From a bacterium (GTDB taxonomy: Bacteria > Patescibacteriota > Dojkabacteria > B142 > OLB20), in assembly GCA_021463645.1 (NCBI GenBank), contig JAJTYI010000009.1, forward strand, positions 189,269-253,268: a stretch of 64,000 nucleotides of DNA, read 5' to 3'. This document shows, piece by piece, positions 18,895-28,104 of the stretch. The notes under the pieces are model-generated. The model did not search any database. It was not told the origin of the DNA and worked only from the letters and a program-made list of their open reading frames with translations. Numbering within the stretch: the first letter of the stretch is position 1; every line of letters starts with the position of its first letter. Position numbers and translations under genes: made by a program.

Positions 18895-20439
18895 ATGTCA
18901 TATGGTGCTGAAATTGAAAAACCAATTATTAATCCGGATGGATCTCCAGGACGTATAGAATCTGACGATTTCTTAGCATTACAAAAACTTACAGCCGTCT
19001 ATAATCCTGAGCTTCATTTCAGTGATATCCATAATGGTATAGTTACCGGTGTCGATTCCGGACTTGGATCACAAGGATTGGACAATGGTAATCTTGTACA
19101 GGAATCAGCTTTGGGTCCAGTTAAGACTCTTCAAAATCTCGAAGAACTCATTCGTCAAGATTTGAACTTAATGCATGGAGTCCTTGGAGATAGAACAATA
19201 GTTGATCTTGCACGTTATCCTGGAGCAAATGGTACGGTTGACTGGGAAATATATAGGAGAAATGTTGCTCCTAAAGGTATCTATCCTGTTCTGTGGGCAC
19301 GGGGATGGGACCATACTGCTGGATTTGAAGGGCAGACACAAAATAGTCCTTCGACAGGAATTGAGGTGAAGGATGCAGCTATGGGAGTTAGTGTAATGTT
19401 CGCAGCAGATGCCGCAATATCTGCTATATTTGGTAATAGCCCTCGCTTTGATTCAAATGGAAAACTAGTTGTGAATACTTCACGAACTGAAATGTGGGAT
19501 AAAATGTTTGGAAATTCCGTAGCCCCGGGAGATAGAAAGATGAGTGTATTTCCTGACAAACCATTTCTTACACTTGCTGACTATTTCCAATGGATGTGGG
19601 GTAAAGGAACCGGAATGTTCTTTGTATTAGGAGAGGGAGACAAAGATGGATATAAAGGAATTGGAAGTTCTGCTGTATTCATAGACGATAACCCTTCAGT
19701 ACTGGATTTCTTGAGTAGAGATGAACAAAATGGCTATTATCCAGCAGATAACATCCCTGCTGGTTTCCCATGGGCAACAATGCCTGATAATTCTATTCAA
19801 GGTAAAGGAAAAGCAAGAGTTACAACAATTAAACCAACCGTGGAAGGTGTACAACATTTACAATTTATGAATTTCGGTCCTGCAAGGTGGAGATTTGCAT
19901 TAAATGCAGGTATTGATCCGAAGGAATTCACTGAGATTTGTAATACTGGTGGAGATTTAGAATCCTTGTTGAAACCACATCTAACTAATTCATATATAGA
20001 GGGAAGAACTCCATGCGCTAATTTTCCGAGTCAACGCCATGCGGAAGTGGATGATGGAGTCAGGAATTCACTAGTTATAAGTCCGTCAGCCCTACAAGCG
20101 GGTTTATTAACTAATCCGGGTCAGAACTTCCATAGGATAATATCTAGGTATTCATGGACAGAAATCACAAGTCTGAGAGAAACTGCAATTGCACGAGGAA
20201 TGGAGGACCCAGAAGTTCAAAGATTTTCAAGATTTGTTTTTAACATTGCTTTAGAAAGATTAAGTTCAAGATTAGGACAAGATGAGGCTCAAAGACTGTT
20301 AAGATATCCTGAGCATGTCATTGATACAGGGATGAATGGCTCATCAAGGGCAGCCGAATATGTTACTAATAAATTAAGAAAACAGAGACTAGGTGATGCT
20401 TTTATTAGTCTCTTAAACGATAGAGCACTACTTATATAA
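18895..20439 (+). CDS. Glutamate-cysteine ligase (GCS2/EgtA-like) family carboxylate-amine ligase
   Basis: N-terminal YGAEIE (GxExE), LDNG-x3-QES-x2-GP, AIFGNSP, R-x3-W, H-x4-F-x2-AR, YIEGR: the ordered motif series of GCS2-type gamma-glutamyl ligases. Confidence 0.75.
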   Translation: MSYGAEIEKPIINPDGSPGRIESDDFLALQKLTAVYNPELHFSDIHNGIVTGVDSGLGSQGLDNGNLVQESALGPVKTLQNLEELIRQDLNLMHGVLGDRTIVDLARYPGANGTVDWEIYRRNVAPKGIYPVLWARGWDHTAGFEGQTQNSPSTGIEVKDAAMGVSVMFAADAAISAIFGNSPRFDSNGKLVVNTSRTEMWDKMFGNSVAPGDRKMSVFPDKPFLTLADYFQWMWGKGTGMFFVLGEGDKDGYKGIGSSAVFIDDNPSVLDFLSRDEQNGYYPADNIPAGFPWATMPDNSIQGKGKARVTTIKPTVEGVQHLQFMNFGPARWRFALNAGIDPKEFTEICNTGGDLESLLKPHLTNSYIEGRTPCANFPSQRHAEVDDGVRNSLVISPSALQAGLLTNPGQNFHRIISRYSWTEITSLRETAIARGMEDPEVQRFSRFVFNIALERLSSRLGQDEAQRLLRYPEHVIDTGMNGSSRAAEYVTNKLRKQRLGDAFISLLNDRALLI

Positions 20440-20459
20440 TTATTAATTATTAATTTGAA

Positions 20460-21572
20460 ATGATGGTTATAGAATCTGTCGAAGTATTAAAATTAAATCT
20501 CCCTATGAAGACCTCATTCGAAACTAGTTTTGGGAAATTAACAACGAAGTCAACTGTTTTAGTAAAAATCACAAGTGATGGTGTTACTGGATATGGTGAA
20601 GCTGCTTCTTTCCATGCTCCACTATATAATCCTGAAACAGTAGATACGTGCGTATATATTATAAAAAAGTTCATTGCTCCCTCAATTCTGAAAAAAGATT
20701 TTAAATCTCCAGAGGAATTAAGAGCTGCATATGATTATATTGTTGGACATAACATAGCAAAAGCAGGGGTAGAGAATGCTTTTTGGCATTTACTTGCACA
20801 ATCCGGAAACACATCCTTAAAAGAACTTTTTGGAGGAACAAGATCTTCGATTCAAGTTGGTGCTAGTATTGGAATTCAACCAACAATAAAATCTACTCTA
20901 ACAGAGGTTGAAGATTCACTCGAAAAAGGTTACGGAAGAATAAAATTAAAAACAAAACCGGGTTGGGATCTCAAAGTTTTAAAGGAGGTCAGGAAGATAT
21001 GGCCAGATATAGATCTTATGGTCGATGGGAATTCAGCCTATAAGTTGCAAAGAGATTTAAAAACCTTAATGAAATTTGACGAATATAATCTAATGATGAT
21101 TGAACAGCCATTACAAGAAGATGACATAATTGACCATTCGACATTGCAGAAATTAATAAACACACCTATATGTTTAGACGAAAGCATCACATCTGTTGAT
21201 AAAGCCAGAAAAGCAATCTCTATTGGAGCGTGCAAAATAATAAATATAAAACCAGTAAGAGTTGGAGGAGCATTAGAAACAATTGCAATACATGATTTAT
21301 GCATGGAGAATGGGGTAGGAGTGTGGTGTGGAGGTATGTTGGAAACGGGAATCGGTCGAGCTTTTAATATTGCTTTGGCTTCGAAAGAAAATTTTATTTA
21401 TCCTTCGGACATGTCTCCGTATTATGAATTTTACTCCGAAGATCTAATAAGTGATAGTCATAAAGTTTCAAGTGATGGTCAAGTAAAAGTAAGAACAAGT
21501 CCTGGTCTTGGATACAAGATAAATGAAAAGGTAATAAAAAAGCATACGGCTGAAACTTATTTATTAGAATAG
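20460..21572 (+). CDS. menC: o-succinylbenzoate synthase / N-acylamino acid racemase (NSAR/OSBS subfamily, enolase superfamily)
   Basis: FETSFG, GYGE, RIKLK (KxK), VDGN, IEQP, LDESI, INIKP, WCGGMLETGIGRA, PGLG. No other men genes nearby. Confidence 0.88.
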   Translation: MMVIESVEVLKLNLPMKTSFETSFGKLTTKSTVLVKITSDGVTGYGEAASFHAPLYNPETVDTCVYIIKKFIAPSILKKDFKSPEELRAAYDYIVGHNIAKAGVENAFWHLLAQSGNTSLKELFGGTRSSIQVGASIGIQPTIKSTLTEVEDSLEKGYGRIKLKTKPGWDLKVLKEVRKIWPDIDLMVDGNSAYKLQRDLKTLMKFDEYNLMMIEQPLQEDDIIDHSTLQKLINTPICLDESITSVDKARKAISIGACKIINIKPVRVGGALETIAIHDLCMENGVGVWCGGMLETGIGRAFNIALASKENFIYPSDMSPYYEFYSEDLISDSHKVSSDGQVKVRTSPGLGYKINEKVIKKHTAETYLLE

Positions 21573-21576
21573 AACT

Positions 21577-22749
21577 ATGGCAATCGAACCACAACCTCGA
21601 GGTACTGGGTATGTCACACACGAACATGTAAGTCATTGTGAACACGGTCCAATTATTAATCTAGGATTAGGAACAAGTCCAATAGGTGCTGCGCCGGAAC
21701 TCAGGGCAGCATTATCACGAAGAAATACTATTGAGGATTTAGAAGCATATCCCCGCGATCCTCTACATACAGAAACAAAAGGTTATCTAGTTAATTATCT
21801 AGGAATAGAGGCTAGCACAAGTCAAGTCATATTTGGAGGCAATGGAAGCTATGGAACAGGGGATGAAGTACTAAGATATTTAAGACAAAGTCATGGATGT
21901 GATCGAATCGTTACACTCCCGTACTCCTTCCCTAATGCAACACAATGGGCAATTCGTCATGGTGTCGATTATTCTCCAATTAAAATCGATTCTCTCTCAT
22001 GGGAGAAGGGATTAGAATCAATGTATGAAATTGAAAGCTTTGATGGTGCTGTAGTGTATATAGATTATCCAAATAATCCGAGTGGAAATTCACTGTCCCA
22101 ATTAGTTAGTGGACTTATTCCTTTAATAAACCAAAGGGGAGGTATCCCTTTCATTGACATGGCATTTGCCGAAGTACTAGGTCCAGAATTCAAAGCTGTA
22201 GCGAATACAACAATAAACAACGGAGGAATTATCATCGGATCAGTATCAAAAACCCAAGGACTGCCTGGTCTTAGAGCAGGGTGGATTGTTTTAGCAGAGG
22301 AACATACAAACAATGGATATTCACTAGAACAACAACTGGTCTTTGGAATGAACCGGGAAGCAGAAGAAGTAATGAAGGTATTGTATTCTCCGAGTTTAGG
22401 TACGAATGAAACACTAGCAGATATACATGCTATACGTGTTGCACGGCATAATGTGATAGTAAATTTAGAAATGGAACAAATTGTTAGAGAAATGGGTTTA
22501 TTATTAGTTCCTTCTGATCATAGGACCTCAATCCAAGTAGTATACGATCCTGCAGGTAGGAATCTTTATCAATCATTTAACAGAGCCGGAATAATAGTTG
22601 AATCATTAAATGACTACTCTGAAACGCTTCCAGCAAATCATCAAGGCTATGGTGATAGTGCTGTAAGAATTCTTACTCCTAATTTTTCAATATTAGATGC
22701 GTTTAGAGAAAGAACAAATATTGTTATGAATTATTTGCGGAATTCTTAG
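21577..22749 (+). CDS. Class I/II PLP-dependent aminotransferase (HisC/CobD-like fold)
   Basis: YIDYPNNPSG, FIDMAFAE, GSVSKTQGLPGLRAGW (PLP lysine), C-terminal VRI. Confidence 0.88.
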   Translation: MAIEPQPRGTGYVTHEHVSHCEHGPIINLGLGTSPIGAAPELRAALSRRNTIEDLEAYPRDPLHTETKGYLVNYLGIEASTSQVIFGGNGSYGTGDEVLRYLRQSHGCDRIVTLPYSFPNATQWAIRHGVDYSPIKIDSLSWEKGLESMYEIESFDGAVVYIDYPNNPSGNSLSQLVSGLIPLINQRGGIPFIDMAFAEVLGPEFKAVANTTINNGGIIIGSVSKTQGLPGLRAGWIVLAEEHTNNGYSLEQQLVFGMNREAEEVMKVLYSPSLGTNETLADIHAIRVARHNVIVNLEMEQIVREMGLLLVPSDHRTSIQVVYDPAGRNLYQSFNRAGIIVESLNDYSETLPANHQGYGDSAVRILTPNFSILDAFRERTNIVMNYLRNS

Positions 22750-22988
22750 AATCAATTATTACTTTGTTTTAGGTTTAGAACAAGACTAAGAGATTTCTGG
22801 AAAGACCTTTATCCACTTTTTAATAGTTGGATTGGTATATGGATAATATTGTAGGACCTATTCAAAGAGCTTATATCAAGAAAAATGCAAAGAGGGTGAG
22901 AAGTCGTAATATGTCTGCGAATATCTGATATAATTTATCCTTCTGAGCTTTGCTCGAAAGGGTAAACCAGATAAAATCAATGCAATAT

Positions 22989-23046
22989 GGAGAGGTGTCC
23001 CTTCTCCCGACAAATCGGGATCAGGGCAAGCAGAGTGCTAAATGAG
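22989..23046 (+). pseudogene. Interrupted 5' fragment of a second tRNA-Ser copy
   Basis: GGAGAGGTGTC(22989-22999) is identical to the tRNA-Ser 5' end. A hairpin insert (TCCCGA-CAAA-TCGGGA) follows, then CAGAGTG-CTAAATGAG(23031-23046), resembling CAGAGTGGTCTAATGAG of the intact gene. Confidence 0.65.
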
Positions 23047-23154
23047 CAGTTAGCGAATCCGAACAAAGAAAAGGATGAGCTTATGAGAATTAGTCCCGCT
23101 TTGCGGGAGTCTAATTAGTAAATCGTAACTCATAAATAAATAAAAATTTAATAA

Positions 23155-23239
23155 GGAGAGGTGTCAGAGTGGTCTAATGAGTTGGTCTTGAAAACCAATG
23201 TTCCGCAAGGGACCGCAGGTTCGAATCCTGTCCTCTCCG
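23155..23239 (+). tRNA. tRNA-Ser (anticodon TGA)
   Basis: Acceptor GGAGAGG/CCTCTCC, anticodon stem TTGGT/ACCAA with TGA at 23189-23191, long variable arm GTTCC-GCAA-GGGAC, T-arm GCAGG-TTCGAAT-CCTGT, discriminator G. Confidence 0.97.
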
Positions 23240-23337
23240 AAGTTGTTGGTGAAACGAACGTAGTGAAGTTGAACCTTACAACTTTCGGGAACAGCCTAGC
23301 GTTGATTCGTTAACTAATAAATTTTTTCAACCTTAAA

Positions 23338-23769
23338 ATGAAAATCTCCATCTGTGCCAGCATTCAATTTACTCCGCAAATTAAAGAAATTGCCGATGAA
23401 CTTAAAACTTATAATCATGAGGTTATAATACCTGATGGTACCGAAAGAATTATCAATGGTGAAATCACTTTAGAAGAATTCCTCGGAAACGTTGGCAAAG
23501 GGGAGGGAGCCAAAGCAAAGATTACGCACGATGTAATTAGGGGATATTTTCATAAGATTGAGAATTCAGATGCAATACTAGTCTTGAACTTCACAAAAAA
23601 AGGTATTGATAACTACATTGGAGGTAATACATTCTTGGAAATGGGATTTGCACATGTATTGAATAAAAAGATTTTTCTGTATAACCCGATTCCAGAGATG
23701 CATTACAAAGACGAACTCATTACTTTTCAACCAATCATTCTGAATCAAAATCTATCGAAAGTTAGTTAA
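23338..23769 (+). CDS. Nucleoside 2-deoxyribosyltransferase-like (NDT/TIR-like fold) protein
   Basis: MKISICAS..., KIENSDAILVLN, YIGGNTFLEMGFA-x3-NKKIF. Confidence 0.65.
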   Translation: MKISICASIQFTPQIKEIADELKTYNHEVIIPDGTERIINGEITLEEFLGNVGKGEGAKAKITHDVIRGYFHKIENSDAILVLNFTKKGIDNYIGGNTFLEMGFAHVLNKKIFLYNPIPEMHYKDELITFQPIILNQNLSKVS

Positions 23770-23898
23770 CCAGGATAGTCTTATAATTTACCATCACCAC
23801 AATTTCTGATATCATCTATTAAAATACAAATTAATTAACAAACGATAGGCAATCATAACTCTTCTCATATCAATTAGAACTTTATTAATGAAGCTTCT

Positions 23899-24549
23899 AT
23901 GAAACAGCTTTTAAATACAAAAGCAGTAATATTCGACCGAGATGGAGTAGTTATTAACACCGAGGGACTGGTTTTGGACTCAATTAGATATGCATTTAAA
24001 GAGCTTGGATATTCACTTCAATCAGATGATATTCCTTACATTACTGGAAGAAGTTTCAATGTATATAAATCTTATTTTCAAAACAAGTATGATTTCGATA
24101 TTGATAAATATAGAAAAATCCAAAATGATTATTTCTACGAACATCTTGATGAAGCAGAATATTTTGAACACACCCTTGAACTAATCAAAACTCTACATAA
24201 CAAAAAAATACCAATAGCGATAACGACTTCTGCTGGGAGAGATGGTACAATGCTCATGCTAAATAAGGTCGGAATAGGAGATGTTTTTAATGTTATAGTT
24301 ACTCAGGAGGATTGTAATAGTTTAAAGCCTGACCCCGAACCATATGCCCTAACAGCGAAAAATTTAGGAATAGAACCTAAGTATTGTGTTGCGATAGAAG
24401 ATACTGCACTAGGGGTCGAATCTGCAAAAAAAGCAGGGATGATTTGTATTGCTATTCCAAATGAACACACGAATCATCAAGATTTCTCATTAGCTGATGT
24501 TGTTGTGAAGTCGGGCAAAGAAGTTTATAAATTATTAAAGTTTGAATAA
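23899..24549 (+). CDS. HAD family phosphatase (beta-phosphoglucomutase-like)
   Basis: IFDRDGV, TTS, KPDPEPY, IEDTALGVESAKKAGM. Confidence 0.92.
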   Translation: MKQLLNTKAVIFDRDGVVINTEGLVLDSIRYAFKELGYSLQSDDIPYITGRSFNVYKSYFQNKYDFDIDKYRKIQNDYFYEHLDEAEYFEHTLELIKTLHNKKIPIAITTSAGRDGTMLMLNKVGIGDVFNVIVTQEDCNSLKPDPEPYALTAKNLGIEPKYCVAIEDTALGVESAKKAGMICIAIPNEHTNHQDFSLADVVVKSGKEVYKLLKFE

Positions 24550-24558
24550 ATTATTATC

Positions 24559-24810
24559 ATGTCAGGAATCCCATTTGGAATCTTGCCACAACATTACGGT
24601 GTCATTATGAATGGAGAAGGAGACGATACGTTTGTAGAGGCTCTTAGAGATTTTTATGCAGATAATCCAAATGCTATTGAGTTTATAGATAAAAACTATC
24701 AAAGAGGTGACTACATGAAAACTCACCAAGACTTATTAAAGAGAAGATCAAGAAGAGGTCAGGGTGGATTGAAAGAAGCATTACTTGGGAAACTAAATGA
24801 TCTTACTTAA
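24559..24810 (+). CDS. Hypothetical protein
   Basis: 83-aa ORF, tightly packed, plausible start context; no recognised motif. Confidence 0.6.
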   Translation: MSGIPFGILPQHYGVIMNGEGDDTFVEALRDFYADNPNAIEFIDKNYQRGDYMKTHQDLLKRRSRRGQGGLKEALLGKLNDLT

Positions 24811-24869
24811 ATTCCTTCATAGAATATACTTTATTACTAATTTTGATGGTATTAAGTTAAAATATCATC

Positions 24870-25154
24870 ATGAAAAAGGCAATTCGCACTATTTTTGCAA
24901 TCATTCTAGTTTTCTCTTGTTATCACCTAATAAGAGATGTTGTTCAAATATTGGAATTAAATAACGATCTTACTGAAATCTTTCACAGAACCCACCAATG
25001 GTGTGGTCAATATTGTAACTATGTAACACTTCCCCTAGAAATAATCGGCTTGATTGGAGCCACAATAGTTCTTAAGAGAAATAAGATAGGGATAATTGGT
25101 ATCATTACTTTGTTGTCATTACTACTTTGGCCTATTTTTCAATTTTTACCATGA
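24870..25154 (+). CDS. Small membrane protein
   Basis: Three hydrophobic segments; H-x2-RD and WC-x3-C motifs. Confidence 0.7.
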   Translation: MKKAIRTIFAIILVFSCYHLIRDVVQILELNNDLTEIFHRTHQWCGQYCNYVTLPLEIIGLIGATIVLKRNKIGIIGIITLLSLLLWPIFQFLP

Positions 25155-25564
25155 ATATCTATAAAAAATTAAAAGAACTAGATTTGCCAATAGGACAATA
25201 TGTGGTGGTCGGTGGAGCTATGGAAGCTCATGGGATTCGTAAATCAAACGACCTTGATATCTTGGTAACACCCAAACTATATCAACAACTTCTTGATTCA
25301 GGATACGAACAATGTAGATGCGAGGAATGTCTTCGTACAAGTAGATTGATGCTAAATAAGGATAATGTGGATATTCTTCCGAACTTTATGTTTGGAAACT
25401 ATATTGGAGATACAAGATATTTGATAGAAAGTGCAGACTTAATAAAAGGTTTCCCATTTATAAAACTTGAGGAATTTATAAAATTCAAAAGAGAATTAGG
25501 AAGAGAGAAGGATTTTGAGGATATAAAATTGATGCAACATTATTTGAAGAATAATCCAAATTAA
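25151..25564 (+). CDS. Nucleotidyltransferase-fold protein
   Basis: VVVGGAMEAHGIR-x2-NDLDILV and C-terminal K-x3-GREKD-x2-DI; ATG 25151 overlaps the upstream stop. Confidence 0.7.
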   Translation: MNIYKKLKELDLPIGQYVVVGGAMEAHGIRKSNDLDILVTPKLYQQLLDSGYEQCRCEECLRTSRLMLNKDNVDILPNFMFGNYIGDTRYLIESADLIKGFPFIKLEEFIKFKRELGREKDFEDIKLMQHYLKNNPN

Positions 25565-26244
25565 TCATATGGGTTATATATAGTTACAAAGTCTAATCCT
25601 TCAAAATCATTAGTGGAAGCTATTACACAATATCCCTCGTTTCTCCGCTTATTTGTTCGGCCTAACTGATCCACTATGTTCATAGATCTAGTAGTTGAAA
25701 TTGACGGAATAATTTTATAAATACTCTCTCGGTAAAATTCCAATCCTCGGGGATAAGACTCTCCCAATTCCTTTTCATCAGAAGGTGGTTTCCCAAACAT
25801 TCCCAAATTCACATTTATTGGATTTAATTCTTTCAAGGAATTAACAAAATCCTCAAATGCTACTCTAGTGAATCCTTCTACTTCATTATATAGGGCAACC
25901 TTAATTTGATTCGCGAATTTTGCATCCCTAATAATGGCAACCATTGCAACGACTCCATCTGGTACAGGGACTATAACCATTCCATTTCCAACTGTCAGAT
26001 GTTCAATATCAGCCCCCACTACAACTGCATTTTCAATTCCAGGAACCTTTCTAATCGCATCAACGATTGTGGGTGTATGAAGTTGTGTTACCTCTTTTAA
26101 TTTGTTAACCACTCGGCTTGTCAAAGGCGGACGCCCCTTACTTTCCCACGATGTTATAGTCCCAACATTTTCAGTTTTGATTCCAAGGTTTGTTCTATCC
26201 CCATCTATAATTGTAAGTCCCGAATTTAATTCCATCATAAGCAA
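25561..26244 (-). CDS. Hypothetical protein
   Basis: 227-aa ORF; no recognised motif. Confidence 0.65.
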   Translation of the reverse strand: MLMMELNSGLTIIDGDRTNLGIKTENVGTITSWESKGRPPLTSRVVNKLKEVTQLHTPTIVDAIRKVPGIENAVVVGADIEHLTVGNGMVIVPVPDGVVAMVAIIRDAKFANQIKVALYNEVEGFTRVAFEDFVNSLKELNPINVNLGMFGKPPSDEKELGESYPRGLEFYRESIYKIIPSISTTRSMNIVDQLGRTNKRRNEGYCVIASTNDFEGLDFVTIYNPYD

Positions 26245-26281
26245 CTAAAATTGATTTCTATTGAATTATCCATTTGACTAA

Positions 26282-26758
26282 TTAAACCAACATCATATCA
26301 GGAACATCAGGCAAACTATCAATACCTGCAAATTCTTTTAAAACAATTATTCGAATTCCATTTGGAAGAGTAGGAGAGACCATTTCTGATTGACCTCCGA
26401 TACTTTCACAATCATCTTCTATCAGTATAGTAGGTTGAATTCGTTTAACAAGATCAGAATATTCTTCCTTATCAACTCGATATGCTAGATTTTCAGGATT
26501 CGGAAAATTATATTTTTTTAGTACAATTGATATTTTATCAACTTGATCACCCGTTCTTGAAGTTAAATAGTAAATCTCAGCACCTGCATTAACCCATGTT
26601 TTCAACTTTTTATTTGATTGGAAAATTGGTACATAATTAGCAAAATCTTTGACAGAAAATTCATTATTCAAAACTTGTTTTACTCTTTCCTCCCGTGACG
26701 CTTGCTGTGCAGACGAATGCATCAAAATTGTGCCTTCGGTAAAAAGCAGAATTCTCAT
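26282..26758 (-). CDS. HAD-like hypothetical protein
   Basis: LLFTEGT (degenerate motif I), YYLTSR, LIEDDCESIGG. Confidence 0.65.
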   Translation of the reverse strand: MRILLFTEGTILMHSSAQQASREERVKQVLNNEFSVKDFANYVPIFQSNKKLKTWVNAGAEIYYLTSRTGDQVDKISIVLKKYNFPNPENLAYRVDKEEYSDLVKRIQPTILIEDDCESIGGQSEMVSPTLPNGIRIIVLKEFAGIDSLPDVPDMMLV

Positions 26759-27771
26759 AATTTCTTTAACTTAAGCTTCAATCTGCTCACAAACAAGCCA
26801 ACTCTATAATAAAAATAGGTGAGGGGATTGAACACCTTCACAAATTGAGGAAGATATTCAACATCTTCACCACCAAACCCTGCTTTAAACTCTGAAATTC
26901 TCGAAAGTGGATGTTTATGTTCATATACACCATCAACTTTCGGGGCAACACCCCATTGATCATAGGATTTCTTACCTAGCTCGATTGCATGTTTTATACC
27001 TTCCCATTTCAATAAATAATTCGCCATTATTGATCTCCCTGATTGACCAGTTCCACCGTAGAGCTCATATGCTACATTTTCATCGTAAAGGTACATAATT
27101 GAACCAACATCATTTCCATTGTATTTCACTAATAATATTTTCGCTTTTCCAATAGGACCAAATTCTTTCCAAATTTTCTCGAAGTAATCTTTTCCGGACA
27201 TGATGAATTTCGTTCGATGATATATTTCATCCATGATTTTGAAAAATCTATCTACTGCATTTTTATCATTGTCATAAGTCAGGACCTCGACCTCACATCC
27301 ATGCTTCACAGCCCTGCGAATCTTCTTTCGATAATTACCTGACATACGAGCAAAAACCGCTTCTTCACCTTCCTCCAACTTAATGATATTACTATTTTGA
27401 GGTTGGATAGTATGTCCTGCCTGAACCCACCCTAAGTCTAATAGTCTCTGTTTTGCTTCTACACTTGCAGTATCTGGTTCAAGTAGAACGTGGCTTAATC
27501 CTGCCTCATTTTTTAGGTATTTCTCGAGTTCCTGAAATTGATTATTACTGAATCTCACGGAACCTAATGCTCGGGGGATATAACCAAATTGCTTATTTAT
27601 GATTGGGAGTTTCTTTAATAATACTGTTAGAGGATAATTATCAACTTTTAATCTGAGAGGAACCCAACTTGGCTTTTTTATTTCTCCCCATTCCCAAGAT
27701 TGAAGAAAATTCAACTCATAATCCTGAGTATCTTCTAAGTATGAATCCCTGTCGTTTACTACGCTAACCAA
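26755..27771 (-). CDS. FemABX family peptidoglycan bridge-formation (tRNA-dependent) aminoacyltransferase
   Basis: NFLQSWEWGEIK, YIPR, RKKIRRAVKHG, ELYGG, NYLLKWE, YDQWG, FKAGFGG. Confidence 0.92.
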   Translation of the reverse strand: MVSVVNDRDSYLEDTQDYELNFLQSWEWGEIKKPSWVPLRLKVDNYPLTVLLKKLPIINKQFGYIPRALGSVRFSNNQFQELEKYLKNEAGLSHVLLEPDTASVEAKQRLLDLGWVQAGHTIQPQNSNIIKLEEGEEAVFARMSGNYRKKIRRAVKHGCEVEVLTYDNDKNAVDRFFKIMDEIYHRTKFIMSGKDYFEKIWKEFGPIGKAKILLVKYNGNDVGSIMYLYDENVAYELYGGTGQSGRSIMANYLLKWEGIKHAIELGKKSYDQWGVAPKVDGVYEHKHPLSRISEFKAGFGGEDVEYLPQFVKVFNPLTYFYYRVGLFVSRLKLKLKKL

Positions 27772-27873
27772 GTGTATATGTTAATCAATTGATGTTATCA
27801 CAGTCGAAAGTTAAAAGTAAGATTTTATTAAGACTTGATAAATGGGTATAATATTAAATATTATAATTTCCAA

Positions 27874-28092
27874 ATGAGAAAATTTGTTCCCGGTCAATAC
27901 CGACATTATAAAGGCAAGAAATACCTTGCTCTTGGATTAGCCAAGCACAGCGAATCATTGGAAGATTTAGTTGTTTACATTTCACTTTATGAAAACGAAA
28001 CTTCCCAGTTATGGGTCAGACCTTTGGATATGTTTTTGGAAGAGGTGGAAATAGAAGGAAAAAAGAAGCCACGATTCGAATTTATTTCATAG
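27874..28092 (+). CDS. DUF1653 domain protein
   Basis: GQYRHYKGKKY, AKHSE, VVY-x2-LY, WVRPLDMF, PRF. Start taken as ATG 27874. Confidence 0.92.
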   Translation: MRKFVPGQYRHYKGKKYLALGLAKHSESLEDLVVYISLYENETSQLWVRPLDMFLEEVEIEGKKKPRFEFIS

Positions 28093-28104
28093 GAGATAAT
28101 TCAA

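Noticed and set aside
20460-21572. Menaquinone biosynthesis locus
   Set aside because: No menB, menD, menE or menF in the window; the context favours a racemase role, though OSBS activity cannot be excluded.
22780-22930. Possible frameshifted remnant of a membrane-protein gene (…FLIVGLVYG / IVGPIQRAYIKK…)
   Set aside because: Too short and without a recognisable family; cannot be supported as a pseudogene.
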